Positions 19,475 through 29,961 of a stretch of DNA of 64,000 nt are shown in pieces. The DNA lies in the NCBI GenBank assembly GCA_036788695.1, contig DAIQMY010000002.1:66394-130393 (forward strand), written 5' to 3'. Source of the stretch: Candidatus Levyibacteriota bacterium (GTDB lineage Bacteria; Patescibacteriota; Microgenomatia; Levybacterales; GWA1-39-11). Every line of letters begins with the position of its first letter. Positions within the stretch are counted from its first letter, which is position 1. Made by a program: the position numbers and the translations under genes. The notes below the pieces were generated by a model. The model was not told the origin of the DNA, ran no database searches, and saw only the letters and a list, made by a program, of their open reading frames with translations.

Positions 19475-20929
19475 ATGAAAAAGAAAATAGAAATTGTGAT
19501 TTTTGTATGTATTTTGATCTTTGCATTTGTCCTAAGACTGTACCGTTTTGATAATCCGATAGGAGATTGGCATGCGTTTAGACAGGCCGATACTTCAGCT
19601 GTTGCTAAAGTATATGTTTCAAATGGGATAAATCTTTTGTCGCCAAAATATTTTGATATATCTAATATACAATCTGGAAAAGATAATCCTGAAGGGTACA
19701 GATTTGTTGAGTTTCCCCTCATAAGTGCCATACAGGCAATTACCTTTATGTACATTGGGGTACTGTCTCTTGAGGAGTGGGGAAGACTTATTACTATTTG
19801 TGCGTCTTTGGGGAGTTTAATTTTTATATATCTTATTGTTCGTAGAAATCTTGACCCAGTTTCAGGATTATTCGCAGCATTTTTTTACGCCATTCTTCCA
19901 TATTCAATTTTTTACGGTCGTGTAATACTTCCAGATCCTGCCTGCGCATGTGCAATTCTTGGCGGAATTTATTTCTTTGACCTAGCAATATCATACAAGA
20001 AGCACAAACTGCTTTTGTTAAATATATTTTTTTGGCTTGCCCTTATTTTTACTGCTGCATCATTTTTACTAAAGCCGTTTGCTTTATTTTTTATTCTGCC
20101 AATGCTTCTTCTTGCATGGAAGAGGTATGGTTTTAGAGTCATTCTTCAGTGGCAGCTGTACGTTTTTGCTTTTCTATCTGTTCTCCCACTTATAGCATGG
20201 AGAATATGGATAACTCAATATCCCGAAGGCATACCCGTATCAAATTGGTTATTTAATGAGGGCGGTATACGATTTACCGGTGCATTTTTTCATTGGATAT
20301 TAGCAGAGCGAGTTGCAAAATTAATGCTTGGGTATTTCGGGATTGTTTTGTTATTTTTAGGCTTGTTTAAGAGGTCTGAAAAAAACTATTTGTTTTTCTT
20401 ATCATTCCTTCTCTCATCTATTATATATGTAATTGTCATCGCACGAGGGAACGTTCAGCATGATTACTATCAAATATTAATACTGCCTACCATATGTATA
20501 TTCTTAGGTAGAGGGGCGACTTTTTTACTTTCCCTTCCGGTAAAGATAGGTGAAAACATTACAGTAAATACCTGCGTTTCTTTCCTTACCCTTTTCTCAA
20601 TAATTATCTTTTCATTTATGCTGTCCTGGTACCATGTTCGAGACTATTTCAATATAAATAATAGGGGGTTAATTAACGCGGGAATTATTGCGGATAAAGT
20701 ACTGCCGAAGAATGCAAGAGTGATAGCCGCAAATGACGGGGATACTTCATTTTTGTATTACATAAATAGAAAGGGATGGCCAGCTTATGAGAAAAGCGTA
20801 GAGGGTTTGCGGGAAATGGGTGCAACTCACATAGTAGTTCCGAATCCTACAGAAAATGATATCAATGGCTTAGGTGCAGAATATAAACGTTTGTATACAT
20901 CTAAAGATGTACTTATTTTAAAACTATGA
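19475..20929 (+). CDS. GT-C fold membrane glycosyltransferase (ArnT/PMT/GT39-83-like)
   Basis: N-terminal RLYRFDNPIGDWHAFRQADTSAVAKVY resembles the first-loop acidic motif of ArnT/PMT enzymes. About 11 TM helices and a C-terminal soluble domain. Confidence 0.45.
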   Translation: MKKKIEIVIFVCILIFAFVLRLYRFDNPIGDWHAFRQADTSAVAKVYVSNGINLLSPKYFDISNIQSGKDNPEGYRFVEFPLISAIQAITFMYIGVLSLEEWGRLITICASLGSLIFIYLIVRRNLDPVSGLFAAFFYAILPYSIFYGRVILPDPACACAILGGIYFFDLAISYKKHKLLLLNIFFWLALIFTAASFLLKPFALFFILPMLLLAWKRYGFRVILQWQLYVFAFLSVLPLIAWRIWITQYPEGIPVSNWLFNEGGIRFTGAFFHWILAERVAKLMLGYFGIVLLFLGLFKRSEKNYLFFLSFLLSSIIYVIVIARGNVQHDYYQILILPTICIFLGRGATFLLSLPVKIGENITVNTCVSFLTLFSIIIFSFMLSWYHVRDYFNINNRGLINAGIIADKVLPKNARVIAANDGDTSFLYYINRKGWPAYEKSVEGLREMGATHIVVPNPTENDINGLGAEYKRLYTSKDVLILKL

Positions 20930-22098
20930 AGCTATTAATTCTAACATACGACTTTCCGTATCCTACGACAAGCGGAGGTAAAAGTAGAATATATAATCTT
21001 ATCAAATTTCTAAAGAAAAAAAATATAGAAATATATTTATTATCTTTTGTTCGGGATACGTACAAAAAAAAATATAATGATCCAATTTTGGAGATTGGAG
21101 TATCAGAAATAATTCATTTTAAAAGAAAAAAAGTAAGATCTTTTCCTGTAATGATTAAGGCTTCACTATCATCAGGGTCTGTATTTAAGACTTTATATAG
21201 CGATCAAAAAGTAGAAAAAAAAATAATAGATATGATTCGGGAAAAAAACATAGATACAATACTTTTTGAATCCTTTTATACATCTTTCTATATATCTGAA
21301 AAAATAAAAAAAATGAAGGTAAGACAGATATTTGGTACTGAAAACATTGAACATATGCTTTATCATGACTTTGCGGCAAATAAGTCTAAAATTGTAAAAA
21401 ACGTTTATATGTCTCAGGTGGCAAAAATAAAAAATGAGGAAGAGGAGGCATACAATAAATCAGATCTAATAGTAGCGGTTACAGAAGAAGAAAAAAATTA
21501 TATTCATAAAAAGACAAAGACACATATAGAGATAATTCCTAACGGTGTTGATAGTTCTTCTTTATCTTTTAAATCTCATTTTTCTTATGGGAAGAAGCTT
21601 TTATTTGTTGGTAATTTTTCGTATTTCCCGAATGTTGATGCAATGGATTTTTTCTATAAAAATGTTTTTTTGAATATTCCAGATGCTAGCCTTACTGTTG
21701 TAGGAAAGTATCAGAATAAATTGCCTTTTTTAGTCTCTGACAGCAGAGTTTTAAACATAGAATACGTAGAGGATATTGCAAGTGTATATTATGATTCTGA
21801 TATATTTGTTTTTCCTGTTCGCTTTGGGGGAGGGACTAATTTTAAAGTTTTAGAAGCTGCGAGTTGCGGTACTCCTATCATAGCTATTCCTAGTCGCGTA
21901 AAGGGTTTAGGCTTTGTTCCTGATACTCATTTCATTGAGGCAACATCGCCAGTGGATTTTATGCGTGGAATAAGGAGATTATCTGAGGAAAAAGAATTAC
22001 AAATGAGAATTACAAAAAACGCACGTATTTTGATAGAGGATGAGTATGATTGGAAAAAAATCGGAGAAAAATTTGGAAGAATTCTTCAAGTTGTCTAG
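20926..22098 (+). CDS. Glycosyltransferase family 4
   Basis: FPVRFGGGTNFKVLEAASCGTPIIAIP is the GT4 C-terminal motif. Confidence 0.7.
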   Translation: MKLLILTYDFPYPTTSGGKSRIYNLIKFLKKKNIEIYLLSFVRDTYKKKYNDPILEIGVSEIIHFKRKKVRSFPVMIKASLSSGSVFKTLYSDQKVEKKIIDMIREKNIDTILFESFYTSFYISEKIKKMKVRQIFGTENIEHMLYHDFAANKSKIVKNVYMSQVAKIKNEEEEAYNKSDLIVAVTEEEKNYIHKKTKTHIEIIPNGVDSSSLSFKSHFSYGKKLLFVGNFSYFPNVDAMDFFYKNVFLNIPDASLTVVGKYQNKLPFLVSDSRVLNIEYVEDIASVYYDSDIFVFPVRFGGGTNFKVLEAASCGTPIIAIPSRVKGLGFVPDTHFIEATSPVDFMRGIRRLSEEKELQMRITKNARILIEDEYDWKKIGEKFGRILQVV

Positions 22099-22130
22099 GA
22101 GTATAGTATACATGAGTCAGTAAGCACATA

Positions 22131-23042
22131 ATGAAAACAGTAGATCTTTCAATTATTACAGTTGCGTTTAATTCCCAGAATGAGATTAAAAAATGGGTAG
22201 AATCAATAGAAAAAACCGTCAGTAAATATTCATATGAAATGATAATTTCTGATAATAGTCCGAATAGTGAAACAGAAAAAGTAGTTTTAGAACTTCAAAA
22301 AAAACACCCTGAATTAATTTACATTCACAACCATGGAAATCTTGGCTTTTCAAAAGGAAATAATGTTGCAATAAAAAAAGCTAAAGGAAAATATTTTTTA
22401 TTTTTGAATCCTGATATGGAGGTTGGTGAAGGCACTATTGACGGTGCACTATCATTTCTTGTAGAGCACAATGACGCAGGCTCGGCAACTCCAGCTGTAT
22501 ACCTACCAAATAATAAGCTTGACGACTCGTGTCACAGGGGGTTTCCTACTCCTTGGAATTCTTTTACTTATTTTTCAGGATTGTCAAGAAAATTTCCAAG
22601 AATTAAACTTTTCGCAGGATACAACATGACATATCTGGATCTTACAAAAGTTCATACCATAGATGCACTCGCTGGTTCTTTTCTAATTATCTCACGTGAT
22701 TTAGGTGAAAAATTAAAATGGTGGGATGAGGATTATTTCTTTTACGGAGAAGACATAGATTTTTGTTATCGGATACAGAAGGCAGGATATAAAATTTATT
22801 ATCTTCCCGAATACAAAGCAATACACTATAAAGGAATGTCATCAGGAATTAAAGATGTTTCAAAGGAAGTGTCAAAGGCTACAATTGAAACTAGAATATG
22901 GGCAACAAATCAAAGATTTAAGGCAATGGAAATTTTTTATAAAAAACACTATAAAAAGAAATATCCATGGTTAGTAAACACATTAGTTTCAGTTGCTATA
23001 AAAACAAAACATAAGATGGCTCTTAAAAATCTTCAAAGCTAG
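22131..23042 (+). CDS. Glycosyltransferase family 2
   Basis: LSIITVAFNSQNEI...NLGFSKGNNVAIKKAKGKYFLFLNPDMEV, then DEDYFFYGEDIDFCYR. Confidence 0.7.
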   Translation: MKTVDLSIITVAFNSQNEIKKWVESIEKTVSKYSYEMIISDNSPNSETEKVVLELQKKHPELIYIHNHGNLGFSKGNNVAIKKAKGKYFLFLNPDMEVGEGTIDGALSFLVEHNDAGSATPAVYLPNNKLDDSCHRGFPTPWNSFTYFSGLSRKFPRIKLFAGYNMTYLDLTKVHTIDALAGSFLIISRDLGEKLKWWDEDYFFYGEDIDFCYRIQKAGYKIYYLPEYKAIHYKGMSSGIKDVSKEVSKATIETRIWATNQRFKAMEIFYKKHYKKKYPWLVNTLVSVAIKTKHKMALKNLQS

Positions 23043-23157
23043 AATTTTCTTGAATCCTTGAAACTATCTTCTTACACGTACTTTTGTAGTTTTGATAGTT
23101 GTCTTTGTATAAATGGTAACAGTCTCCTTAAAGTATAATTACCAAGAATGGATTGTG

Positions 23158-23186
23158 TTGATAAATTTAGTTAAATCGGGGATAAT
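23158..23186 (+). promoter_or_regulatory. Candidate sigma70-like promoter (TTGATA-17-GATAAT). Its -10 ends 6 nt before the GT4 start codon, so the transcript may be leaderless.
   Basis: Hexamers and spacing read directly from the sequence. Confidence 0.25.
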
Positions 23187-23192
23187 GATGAC

Positions 23193-24332
23193 ATGACTGA
23201 TGAAGGAACGGCCAAAAAAATTGGCATTGATATAAGACTATGGAATGAGACTGGAATAGGACGTTATATACGAAATTTAATTTTTGAGCTAGCTAAAATT
23301 GAATACAAACATAAATACGTTTTATTCGCAAGACCAGATGACATAGCTGAAATTAAAAGTCTACAACACATAAGTGCCGCAAAAGACAAATTTATTATTA
23401 TTCCGATAGATATGAAGTGGCATTCAATACAAGAACAGCTAGAATTTCCTAGAATACTTATGAAATATAAGTTAAACCTAATGCATTTTCCTTATTTTTC
23501 TGTTCCTGTTTTTTATAGAAAACCATTTGTTGTAACTGTTCACGACCTGATTATTAACCATTTTCCAACCGGGCGCGCAACCACTCTTCCATTGCCTTTA
23601 TATACACTCAAACGTGCAGGGTATGAACTTATTCTAAAGTCTGCAATATCAGGGGCTAAAAAAATTATTGTTCCCTCTGAGGCAACCAGGCGTGAGCTAG
23701 TGGATCATTACAAAGTAAAACAGGAAAAAATTATCATAACTCAGGAAGGAATTGATGAACGGATAAATTCCTTCACTCCTGTAGTATTTAAAGAGAAAGA
23801 CCCATACTTTCTTTATGTGGGGAATGTATATCCGCATAAAAATATTGAAGCTCTACTTGAGGCATTCAAACTATTTTTAGTAGCGCACCCAGATATCGTG
23901 ATCAAGCTCGTAGGAAAAGAGGACTATTTTTATAGGAGATTAAGAGCTTACGTAGCAAAACATAAGATACCTCGCGTGGAATTTATGGGGTATGTAGATG
24001 ACGCTAAGCTTTCCAATCTTTACTCAAATGCTATCGCGACAGTTATTCCGTCTCTTATGGAGGGGTTTGGTTTAACAGCGTTAGAAGCAATGAGTAGGAA
24101 GTCTTTAGTAGTTGCTTCAAAAATTCCGGCGCTGCAGGAAGTGTGCGGTAAGAATGCAATTTATTTTGATCCGAGTGATATTTTAAATATTGTGGAAGCA
24201 ATGAATACTTCAGTAAGTCTTAGTAAGGGCGATAAGGAGAAAAGATTAAATGACGCAAAGAAGCATTCAGAAATTTTTACCTGGGAAAAAATGGCCAGGC
24301 AAACTATCGCGGTTTATGATTCCTGCCTCTGA
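23193..24332 (+). CDS. Glycosyltransferase family 4
   Basis: EGFGLTALEAMSRKSLVVASKIPALQEVCG plus a GT-B N-domain. Confidence 0.75.
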   Translation: MTDEGTAKKIGIDIRLWNETGIGRYIRNLIFELAKIEYKHKYVLFARPDDIAEIKSLQHISAAKDKFIIIPIDMKWHSIQEQLEFPRILMKYKLNLMHFPYFSVPVFYRKPFVVTVHDLIINHFPTGRATTLPLPLYTLKRAGYELILKSAISGAKKIIVPSEATRRELVDHYKVKQEKIIITQEGIDERINSFTPVVFKEKDPYFLYVGNVYPHKNIEALLEAFKLFLVAHPDIVIKLVGKEDYFYRRLRAYVAKHKIPRVEFMGYVDDAKLSNLYSNAIATVIPSLMEGFGLTALEAMSRKSLVVASKIPALQEVCGKNAIYFDPSDILNIVEAMNTSVSLSKGDKEKRLNDAKKHSEIFTWEKMARQTIAVYDSCL

Positions 24333-24431
24333 ATAATAAGACATAAAGTAATTTTAAAATTGAAGCGCAAGTCTGACTGAGATATTGGTTGTTTCAATAA
24401 TTCAAGTTCTCTATTATACTCGAACGATACT

Positions 24432-25532
24432 ATGAAAGTAGCTTTAGTATACGATAGAATAAATAAATGGGGTGGGGCAGAAAGACTATTGCTTCTATTG
24501 CATGAAATGTTTCCTGACGCTCCGGTATTTACTTCTGTATACGATCCGCAAGCTGCACCTTGGGCTAAAGACCTTACCATAAGAACTTCATTTCTAGAAC
24601 ATATCCCATACGCTCGTAGACATCATGAATTTTTTGCCCTTCTGATGCCATTGGCTTTTGAATCATTTAATTTTGATGAATTTGACTTAGTGATATCGCT
24701 CACTTCTGAGGCGGCAAAAGGAATAATTACGCGTCCACACACAAAACACATGTGTATTTGTCTAACTCCAACAAGGTATTTATGGAGTGAGTATAATTTA
24801 TATTTTGCAAATGAGCCTTTGCGAACCTTATCCTTACCACTAGTTTGGTACTTAAGGAAATGGGATTTGGTAGCAGCATCAAGACCTGATTTTTACGTTT
24901 CTATATCACAAACAGTTAGTGAAAGGATACAAAAATATTATGGTAAAAAATCAAATGTAATTTATCCCCCGCTACTTCTTAAAAGCAACAAACATGAAGC
25001 AGGTGTGGCTTCTTTTGACTATTTTCTTGTTGTGTCGAGACTTTCTCGATTTACACCTCAAAAACGGGTAGAGCTTGCGATAAAAGCAGCAAATAAGTTA
25101 AAGGTACCGTTGATCGTAGTTGGAGATGGAGATGTATCTTATTATAAAAAAATTGCTGGCAGAACTGTGTCAATTGTCGGCAAGGTGACAGATTATGAGC
25201 TGGTTAATTATTACAAGAATTGTAAGGCTCTTATATTCCCAGGCGTAGAGGATTTTGGTTTGGTGATGGTTGAAGCTCAGAGTTTTGGTCGCCCAGCCAT
25301 AGCATTCAGGGAGGGTGGGGCATTGGAGATTATTCAAGAAGGCAAGACTGGAGAATTTTTTGATAAACCTACTGTTTCCTCGCTTGTCAATACGTTGAAA
25401 TTGTTTGACAAGAGAATATATAATAGTAAAGATTGTATTATGAATGCAACCAGATTTAAGAAGGACACATTTATGAATCAAATACATATGTCGATTCAAA
25501 AATTAAAAAAAATGGGGGGCAAAGAAAATTGA
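24432..25532 (+). CDS. Glycosyltransferase family 4
   Basis: EDFGLVMVEAQSFGRPAIAFREGGALEII. Confidence 0.75.
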   Translation: MKVALVYDRINKWGGAERLLLLLHEMFPDAPVFTSVYDPQAAPWAKDLTIRTSFLEHIPYARRHHEFFALLMPLAFESFNFDEFDLVISLTSEAAKGIITRPHTKHMCICLTPTRYLWSEYNLYFANEPLRTLSLPLVWYLRKWDLVAASRPDFYVSISQTVSERIQKYYGKKSNVIYPPLLLKSNKHEAGVASFDYFLVVSRLSRFTPQKRVELAIKAANKLKVPLIVVGDGDVSYYKKIAGRTVSIVGKVTDYELVNYYKNCKALIFPGVEDFGLVMVEAQSFGRPAIAFREGGALEIIQEGKTGEFFDKPTVSSLVNTLKLFDKRIYNSKDCIMNATRFKKDTFMNQIHMSIQKLKKMGGKEN

Positions 25533-26611
25533 AAGCAGTCATATTCGCCGGAGGAGTAGGAACAAGATTGTGGCCGTTATCTCGCAAGAATACTCCAAAA
25601 CAATTCGAGAAGATTATAGGTGAGAATTCTACTCTACAAGAGACAGTACAAAGATTACTTCCCGAGATATCACATAAAGATATATTTATTGCGACAGGAA
25701 AGCGCTACGAGGAGATAATAAAGGGACAACTCTCAGATATTCCTCATGAAAATTTTATATTCGAGCCTGAGATGAGAGATGTAGGCCCTGCTATAGGATT
25801 AGTTGCAGCTATGTTAGCAGAAAAATTTCCGGATGAACCTATTGCAATACTGTGGAGTGATCATATGGTGAAGAATGTAGCTGAATTTAAAAATGCACTT
25901 TCTTTTGCCGAACAAGCCATAAAAAAGGATGATTCAAAATTTGTTTTCATAGCACAAAAACCACGATTTCCAAATCAAAATATGGGATGGATTGAGGTTG
26001 GTGAAGAGCTGAGTAATGAGAAAAACCTGAAAGCTTTTGCCTTCAAAGGGTTTAAGTACAGACCTAGCCTTGAAGAAGCATCTCAATTTTTTAAAAGTGA
26101 AAAATTTTATTGGAATCTTGGATATTTTGTTACAACCCCTTCATACCTCATGTCACTTTTCAAGGAGTTTGCTCCAGAAGTTTACACAACTTTATTTACC
26201 ATAAGAGAAGCAAGAAATGATTCAAATTTTGAAGGTGTACTGCAGGAAAACTATAGTAAATTGGAAAAAATCAGCTTTGATGACCTCATACTTATGAAGA
26301 TGCCACCCATAGGACTTTTAGTGGTTGCCTGCGATTTGGGGTGGAGTGATATAGGGGCATGGGAGTCGTTAAAAGAGGCATTAGCAGAACACGTAGATGA
26401 GAATGTGACAAAGGGGAACGTTATATTAAAAGATTCACGTGATTCTTTAGTTTATAATTATACAAATCAAATGGTAGTAGGAATAGACTTGGATGAGTTG
26501 CTTGTTATAAATACGCAAGACGTAGTACTAATTTGTCCAAAGGGATCAGTTCCCAAAATCAAAAAACTTGTTGAAAGCTTATCGAATACAGAACATGAGC
26601 ATTTAACTTAA
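25529..26611 (+). CDS. Sugar-1-phosphate nucleotidyltransferase, mannose-1-phosphate guanylyltransferase-like (ManC N-terminal domain)
   Basis: MKAVIFAGGVGTRLWPLSRKNTPKQF is the canonical GxGTRLxPLS motif. Confidence 0.65.
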   Translation: MKAVIFAGGVGTRLWPLSRKNTPKQFEKIIGENSTLQETVQRLLPEISHKDIFIATGKRYEEIIKGQLSDIPHENFIFEPEMRDVGPAIGLVAAMLAEKFPDEPIAILWSDHMVKNVAEFKNALSFAEQAIKKDDSKFVFIAQKPRFPNQNMGWIEVGEELSNEKNLKAFAFKGFKYRPSLEEASQFFKSEKFYWNLGYFVTTPSYLMSLFKEFAPEVYTTLFTIREARNDSNFEGVLQENYSKLEKISFDDLILMKMPPIGLLVVACDLGWSDIGAWESLKEALAEHVDENVTKGNVILKDSRDSLVYNYTNQMVVGIDLDELLVINTQDVVLICPKGSVPKIKKLVESLSNTEHEHLT

Positions 26612-26617
26612 AACCAT

Positions 26618-27253
26618 ATGTATTATTTTGAAAAAAGAATTCTAGATATAGCATCATCGCTTCTATTACTGCTCGTTTTTTCTCCAATTATTATACTTAC
26701 CGCAATTGCTATAAAAATTGACTCAAGAGGGCCAATTTTTGCTGATACTCCCATGCGCGTCGGAAGACGAGGAAAGCTTTTTAGAATGTACAAATTTAGA
26801 TCTATGGTTCAAAACGCCTATGAAATTCTTTCAACCGATCCAAAGTATAAAGAGCTATATGATGAATATAAAAAGAGTGGATTTAAATTAAAAAATGATC
26901 CGAGAGTAACGAGCGTAGGGCATTTTATCAGAAAATACTCTTTGGATGAGATACCACAATTCATAAACGTGCTAAAGGGCGATATGAGTATGGTTGGACC
27001 TCGAGCGTACTATGCTGATGAGTTGAATTATCAACAAAAAAAATACCCCCTTACCCAGGATGCTGTGAAGGTTGTGCTTTCAGTGAAACCCGGTATAACA
27101 GGGCTCTGGCAGGTTTCCGGGCGAAGTCAGATAAATTTTGATAAACGTATTCAAATGGACGCAAGGTATGCACGGCGACACTCTATATTTTACGATGTAT
27201 ATATAATGGCTAAAACACCCAAGGCAATGCTTTCAGCAAGGGGTGCGATGTGA
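26618..27253 (+). CDS. Small polyprenyl-phosphate phosphoglycosyltransferase (bacterial sugar transferase, PglC/WbaP C-domain type). Initiating enzyme of the glycan pathway.
   Basis: N-terminal [28 protein letters not shown] and [11 protein letters not shown] motifs. Confidence 0.75.
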   Translation: MYYFEKRILDIASSLLLLLVFSPIIILTAIAIKIDSRGPIFADTPMRVGRRGKLFRMYKFRSMVQNAYEILSTDPKYKELYDEYKKSGFKLKNDPRVTSVGHFIRKYSLDEIPQFINVLKGDMSMVGPRAYYADELNYQQKKYPLTQDAVKVVLSVKPGITGLWQVSGRSQINFDKRIQMDARYARRHSIFYDVYIMAKTPKAMLSARGAM

Positions 27254-27322
27254 TAGATGAAGTAAAACTTGATTTTGAATTCAGAACTATGTTTTAATAT
27301 ACTATTAGACTTTTTTACTTGA

Positions 27323-29275
27323 ATGGAAGAAACAGGATTTAATAAAATAGATGTAAGTAGTACACCGGTAAGGAAGTCTACCGTTGCAAACCCACAATCA
27401 CAAATGAAAAAGAAACGAATTACCTTTTTTAAAACAAGAAAACAAAAAATTATTGGAGCTATAGTTTTAGCAGTAATTCTTTTAATTGCATATATTGGAG
27501 TAAATACTTTCATTTTTCTAAGTGATGCCAATAAGGCATATGCTCAGGCAAAAATTGCTTATGATGCAATAAAACAACAAAATGTTGTGGTAGCAAAAGA
27601 AGAGTTAGTAAAGACTCAAAAGCAACTTGCCGTTTTACAGCGCGACTTAGTGCCGATTGCTTTTTTGGGCTATATTCCATTTTTTGGCGGGTACTATAAT
27701 GATGTTAAAAATTTAGTCGATGCATCTAGTCATGGAATAAATGCGGGCATAACGGCAACAGATTCTCTTATTCCCTATGCTGACGTTTTGGGATTAAAGG
27801 GAGATAAGAGTTTTGCACAGGGGAGCGCAGAAGATAGAATTCGTCTTGCGATAAAAACAATGGATAAGGTCGTGCCTAAGATTGACACGATTGAAAAAGA
27901 TTTGATTGCAGCAAAGAAAGCAACAGACAAGGTTAACCCAAACAGATATCCCTCAATTGGAAAATTGAAAAAAGTACACGACAGCTTGCAGGATCTAAAA
28001 AATATAGTTGACGGATCTGTTATAGCCGTTGAACAAGGAAAGCCTCTCATTAAGTTATTACCTGATCTGCTAGGCGCAAACGGCGAGAAGAAATATTTAG
28101 TTTTATTCCAAAACGATAAAGAACTAAGACCTACAGGTGGTTTCATGACTTTCTATGCTGTTTTTAGACTTGAGCAAGGAGTAATACATGTCGATAAGGC
28201 AGGAGACATATACACATTGGATGATTCTTTGCCTTCTCACCAACCTGCACCTCCAATTATTGCGAAATATCTTCCTAAGGTAGATACATTTAATATACGA
28301 GACAGTAATCTTTCTCCCGATTTTGTTGAATCCATGAAGACATTCAATAAAATGTATAACACTTCAAGAGATAAAGCTGATATTGATGGAATCATTGCAA
28401 TTGACACTCATTTTCTAGTTTCAATTTTGGATGTTCTGGGGGATGTCCAGGCTGGTGGGCTTACATTTAATTCAAAGAATGATCCTCGATGTGATTGTCC
28501 TCAAGCTGTATTTGTTCTTGAAGATAATACTACAAAGCCGGTTAATTATATAAAGACGAACAGGAAAGGATTATTAGCAGAGCTGTTATTTGCAATTATT
28601 CAAAAGGCTCTTTCTTCATCTCCTAAGGAATATTGGGGAAATTTGATGCAGACTGCAATTAATGATGCACAAGAAAAACACGTTATGTTCTATCTGTTTA
28701 ATCCTGAAGCACAAAAAGGGATAGATGCGCTGGGTTGGTCAGGTGCAATTAAACCATTTGAAGGAGATTATCTTCACATTAATGATTCCAACTTTGGCGG
28801 TGCAAAGTCTAATTTATTTGTGGAGCAAAATGTTAGAGTTGACTTTAAGATTGACGGTAATGGGGAAGTTACAAAAACACTAACTATTTCTTATAAGAAT
28901 CCTAAACCTCACTCTGACTGTAATTTAGAACATGGTGAATTGTGTCTGAACGCAACCTTAAGAGACTTTCAAAGAGTATATGTTCCGAAAGGATCTACGC
29001 TCATTTCATCTAAAGGTTCAGAAGTGAAAACAACCGTTAAAGAAGACTTAGGAAAAACAGATTTTGAGTCGTTCTTAACTGTTAATCCTTTGGGTTCTGC
29101 GAAAATAATATATGAATATAAACTTCCATTCAAGGTTGAAGGGAAAACCCTACCGTTTCTTATACAGAAACAGCCGGGGACAGACGCTGTACCTTACGAA
29201 ATCTATGTAAATGGGAACAAAACAGATGCATTTAATCTATCAACTGATCGTGAGATTCAAATTCCTGTCCGATGA
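27323..29275 (+). CDS. Hypothetical membrane-anchored exported protein (650 aa, single N-terminal TM)
   Basis: ORF with one hydrophobic helix (res ~45-65) and a long soluble domain. Possibly DUF4012-like, but I cannot verify that. Confidence 0.3.
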   Translation: MEETGFNKIDVSSTPVRKSTVANPQSQMKKKRITFFKTRKQKIIGAIVLAVILLIAYIGVNTFIFLSDANKAYAQAKIAYDAIKQQNVVVAKEELVKTQKQLAVLQRDLVPIAFLGYIPFFGGYYNDVKNLVDASSHGINAGITATDSLIPYADVLGLKGDKSFAQGSAEDRIRLAIKTMDKVVPKIDTIEKDLIAAKKATDKVNPNRYPSIGKLKKVHDSLQDLKNIVDGSVIAVEQGKPLIKLLPDLLGANGEKKYLVLFQNDKELRPTGGFMTFYAVFRLEQGVIHVDKAGDIYTLDDSLPSHQPAPPIIAKYLPKVDTFNIRDSNLSPDFVESMKTFNKMYNTSRDKADIDGIIAIDTHFLVSILDVLGDVQAGGLTFNSKNDPRCDCPQAVFVLEDNTTKPVNYIKTNRKGLLAELLFAIIQKALSSSPKEYWGNLMQTAINDAQEKHVMFYLFNPEAQKGIDALGWSGAIKPFEGDYLHINDSNFGGAKSNLFVEQNVRVDFKIDGNGEVTKTLTISYKNPKPHSDCNLEHGELCLNATLRDFQRVYVPKGSTLISSKGSEVKTTVKEDLGKTDFESFLTVNPLGSAKIIYEYKLPFKVEGKTLPFLIQKQPGTDAVPYEIYVNGNKTDAFNLSTDREIQIPVR

Positions 29276-29814
29276 ATTACCTAAAAGATACTGGATACGT
29301 AGTTAAACGCGTTAATTATTCTGAGGCGGATAAGTATATAACTATTTTTACGCAAAATAATGGGAAAATTGAAGTTTTGGCAAAAGGCGTAAGAAAGCTT
29401 ACAAGTCGCCGATCCCCCCAGTTAGAATTACTCAATAAAATTTCCTTTCAAGCAGTTTCGCGCGGGCAGAATTCCCGGTATATACTTGCTGATACAAAAC
29501 TTTTGACAACACATGCGAATTTAAAAGATAATTTAGACTGCGTAAAAACTTTATTTACCATGTGTGAATTAGTATCTACTCTCTGTCCTTCTTATCAAAG
29601 ACAGGATGAGGCATTTTCTCTCTTGGATAAAACGCTTTCATGTATGAATTCTGATACGCATGCGTTTGATCTGCAGGGATTTCAGGTAAAATTACTATCA
29701 ATTTTAGGATTTTGGGATGCTCGACATCCCTTTATTGACGCGTCTGACATAACTCATTTTACAGAACGTGTAATGGAGCGGAAAATAAAAACTGCTGAAT
29801 ACTTCAAGGGTTAA
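29272..29814 (+). CDS. recO: RecO-like recombination mediator (short form)
   Basis: N-terminal OB-fold pattern GYVVKRVNYSEADKYITIFTQNNGKIEVLAKGVRK resembles the RecO N-terminus. 180 aa is short for RecO. Confidence 0.4.
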   Translation: MNYLKDTGYVVKRVNYSEADKYITIFTQNNGKIEVLAKGVRKLTSRRSPQLELLNKISFQAVSRGQNSRYILADTKLLTTHANLKDNLDCVKTLFTMCELVSTLCPSYQRQDEAFSLLDKTLSCMNSDTHAFDLQGFQVKLLSILGFWDARHPFIDASDITHFTERVMERKIKTAEYFKG

Positions 29815-29961
29815 TATAGTACAAATTTTAATAAGGCTACGTTTTTTACCATGAGTGCTTATTCAAATAATTTTTGGTATACTTACTTCAATTGTGAATG
29901 GTTATGAATTATAACGTAGCGCAAGGCCTTCAGGGGAGGTATATTTTTCACAATAAATACT

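Noticed and set aside
29815-29961. Possible T-box leader upstream of glyQS
   Set aside because: The region is only ~150 nt, with no AGGGTGGNACCGCG-like T-box core and no specifier/antiterminator arrangement visible.
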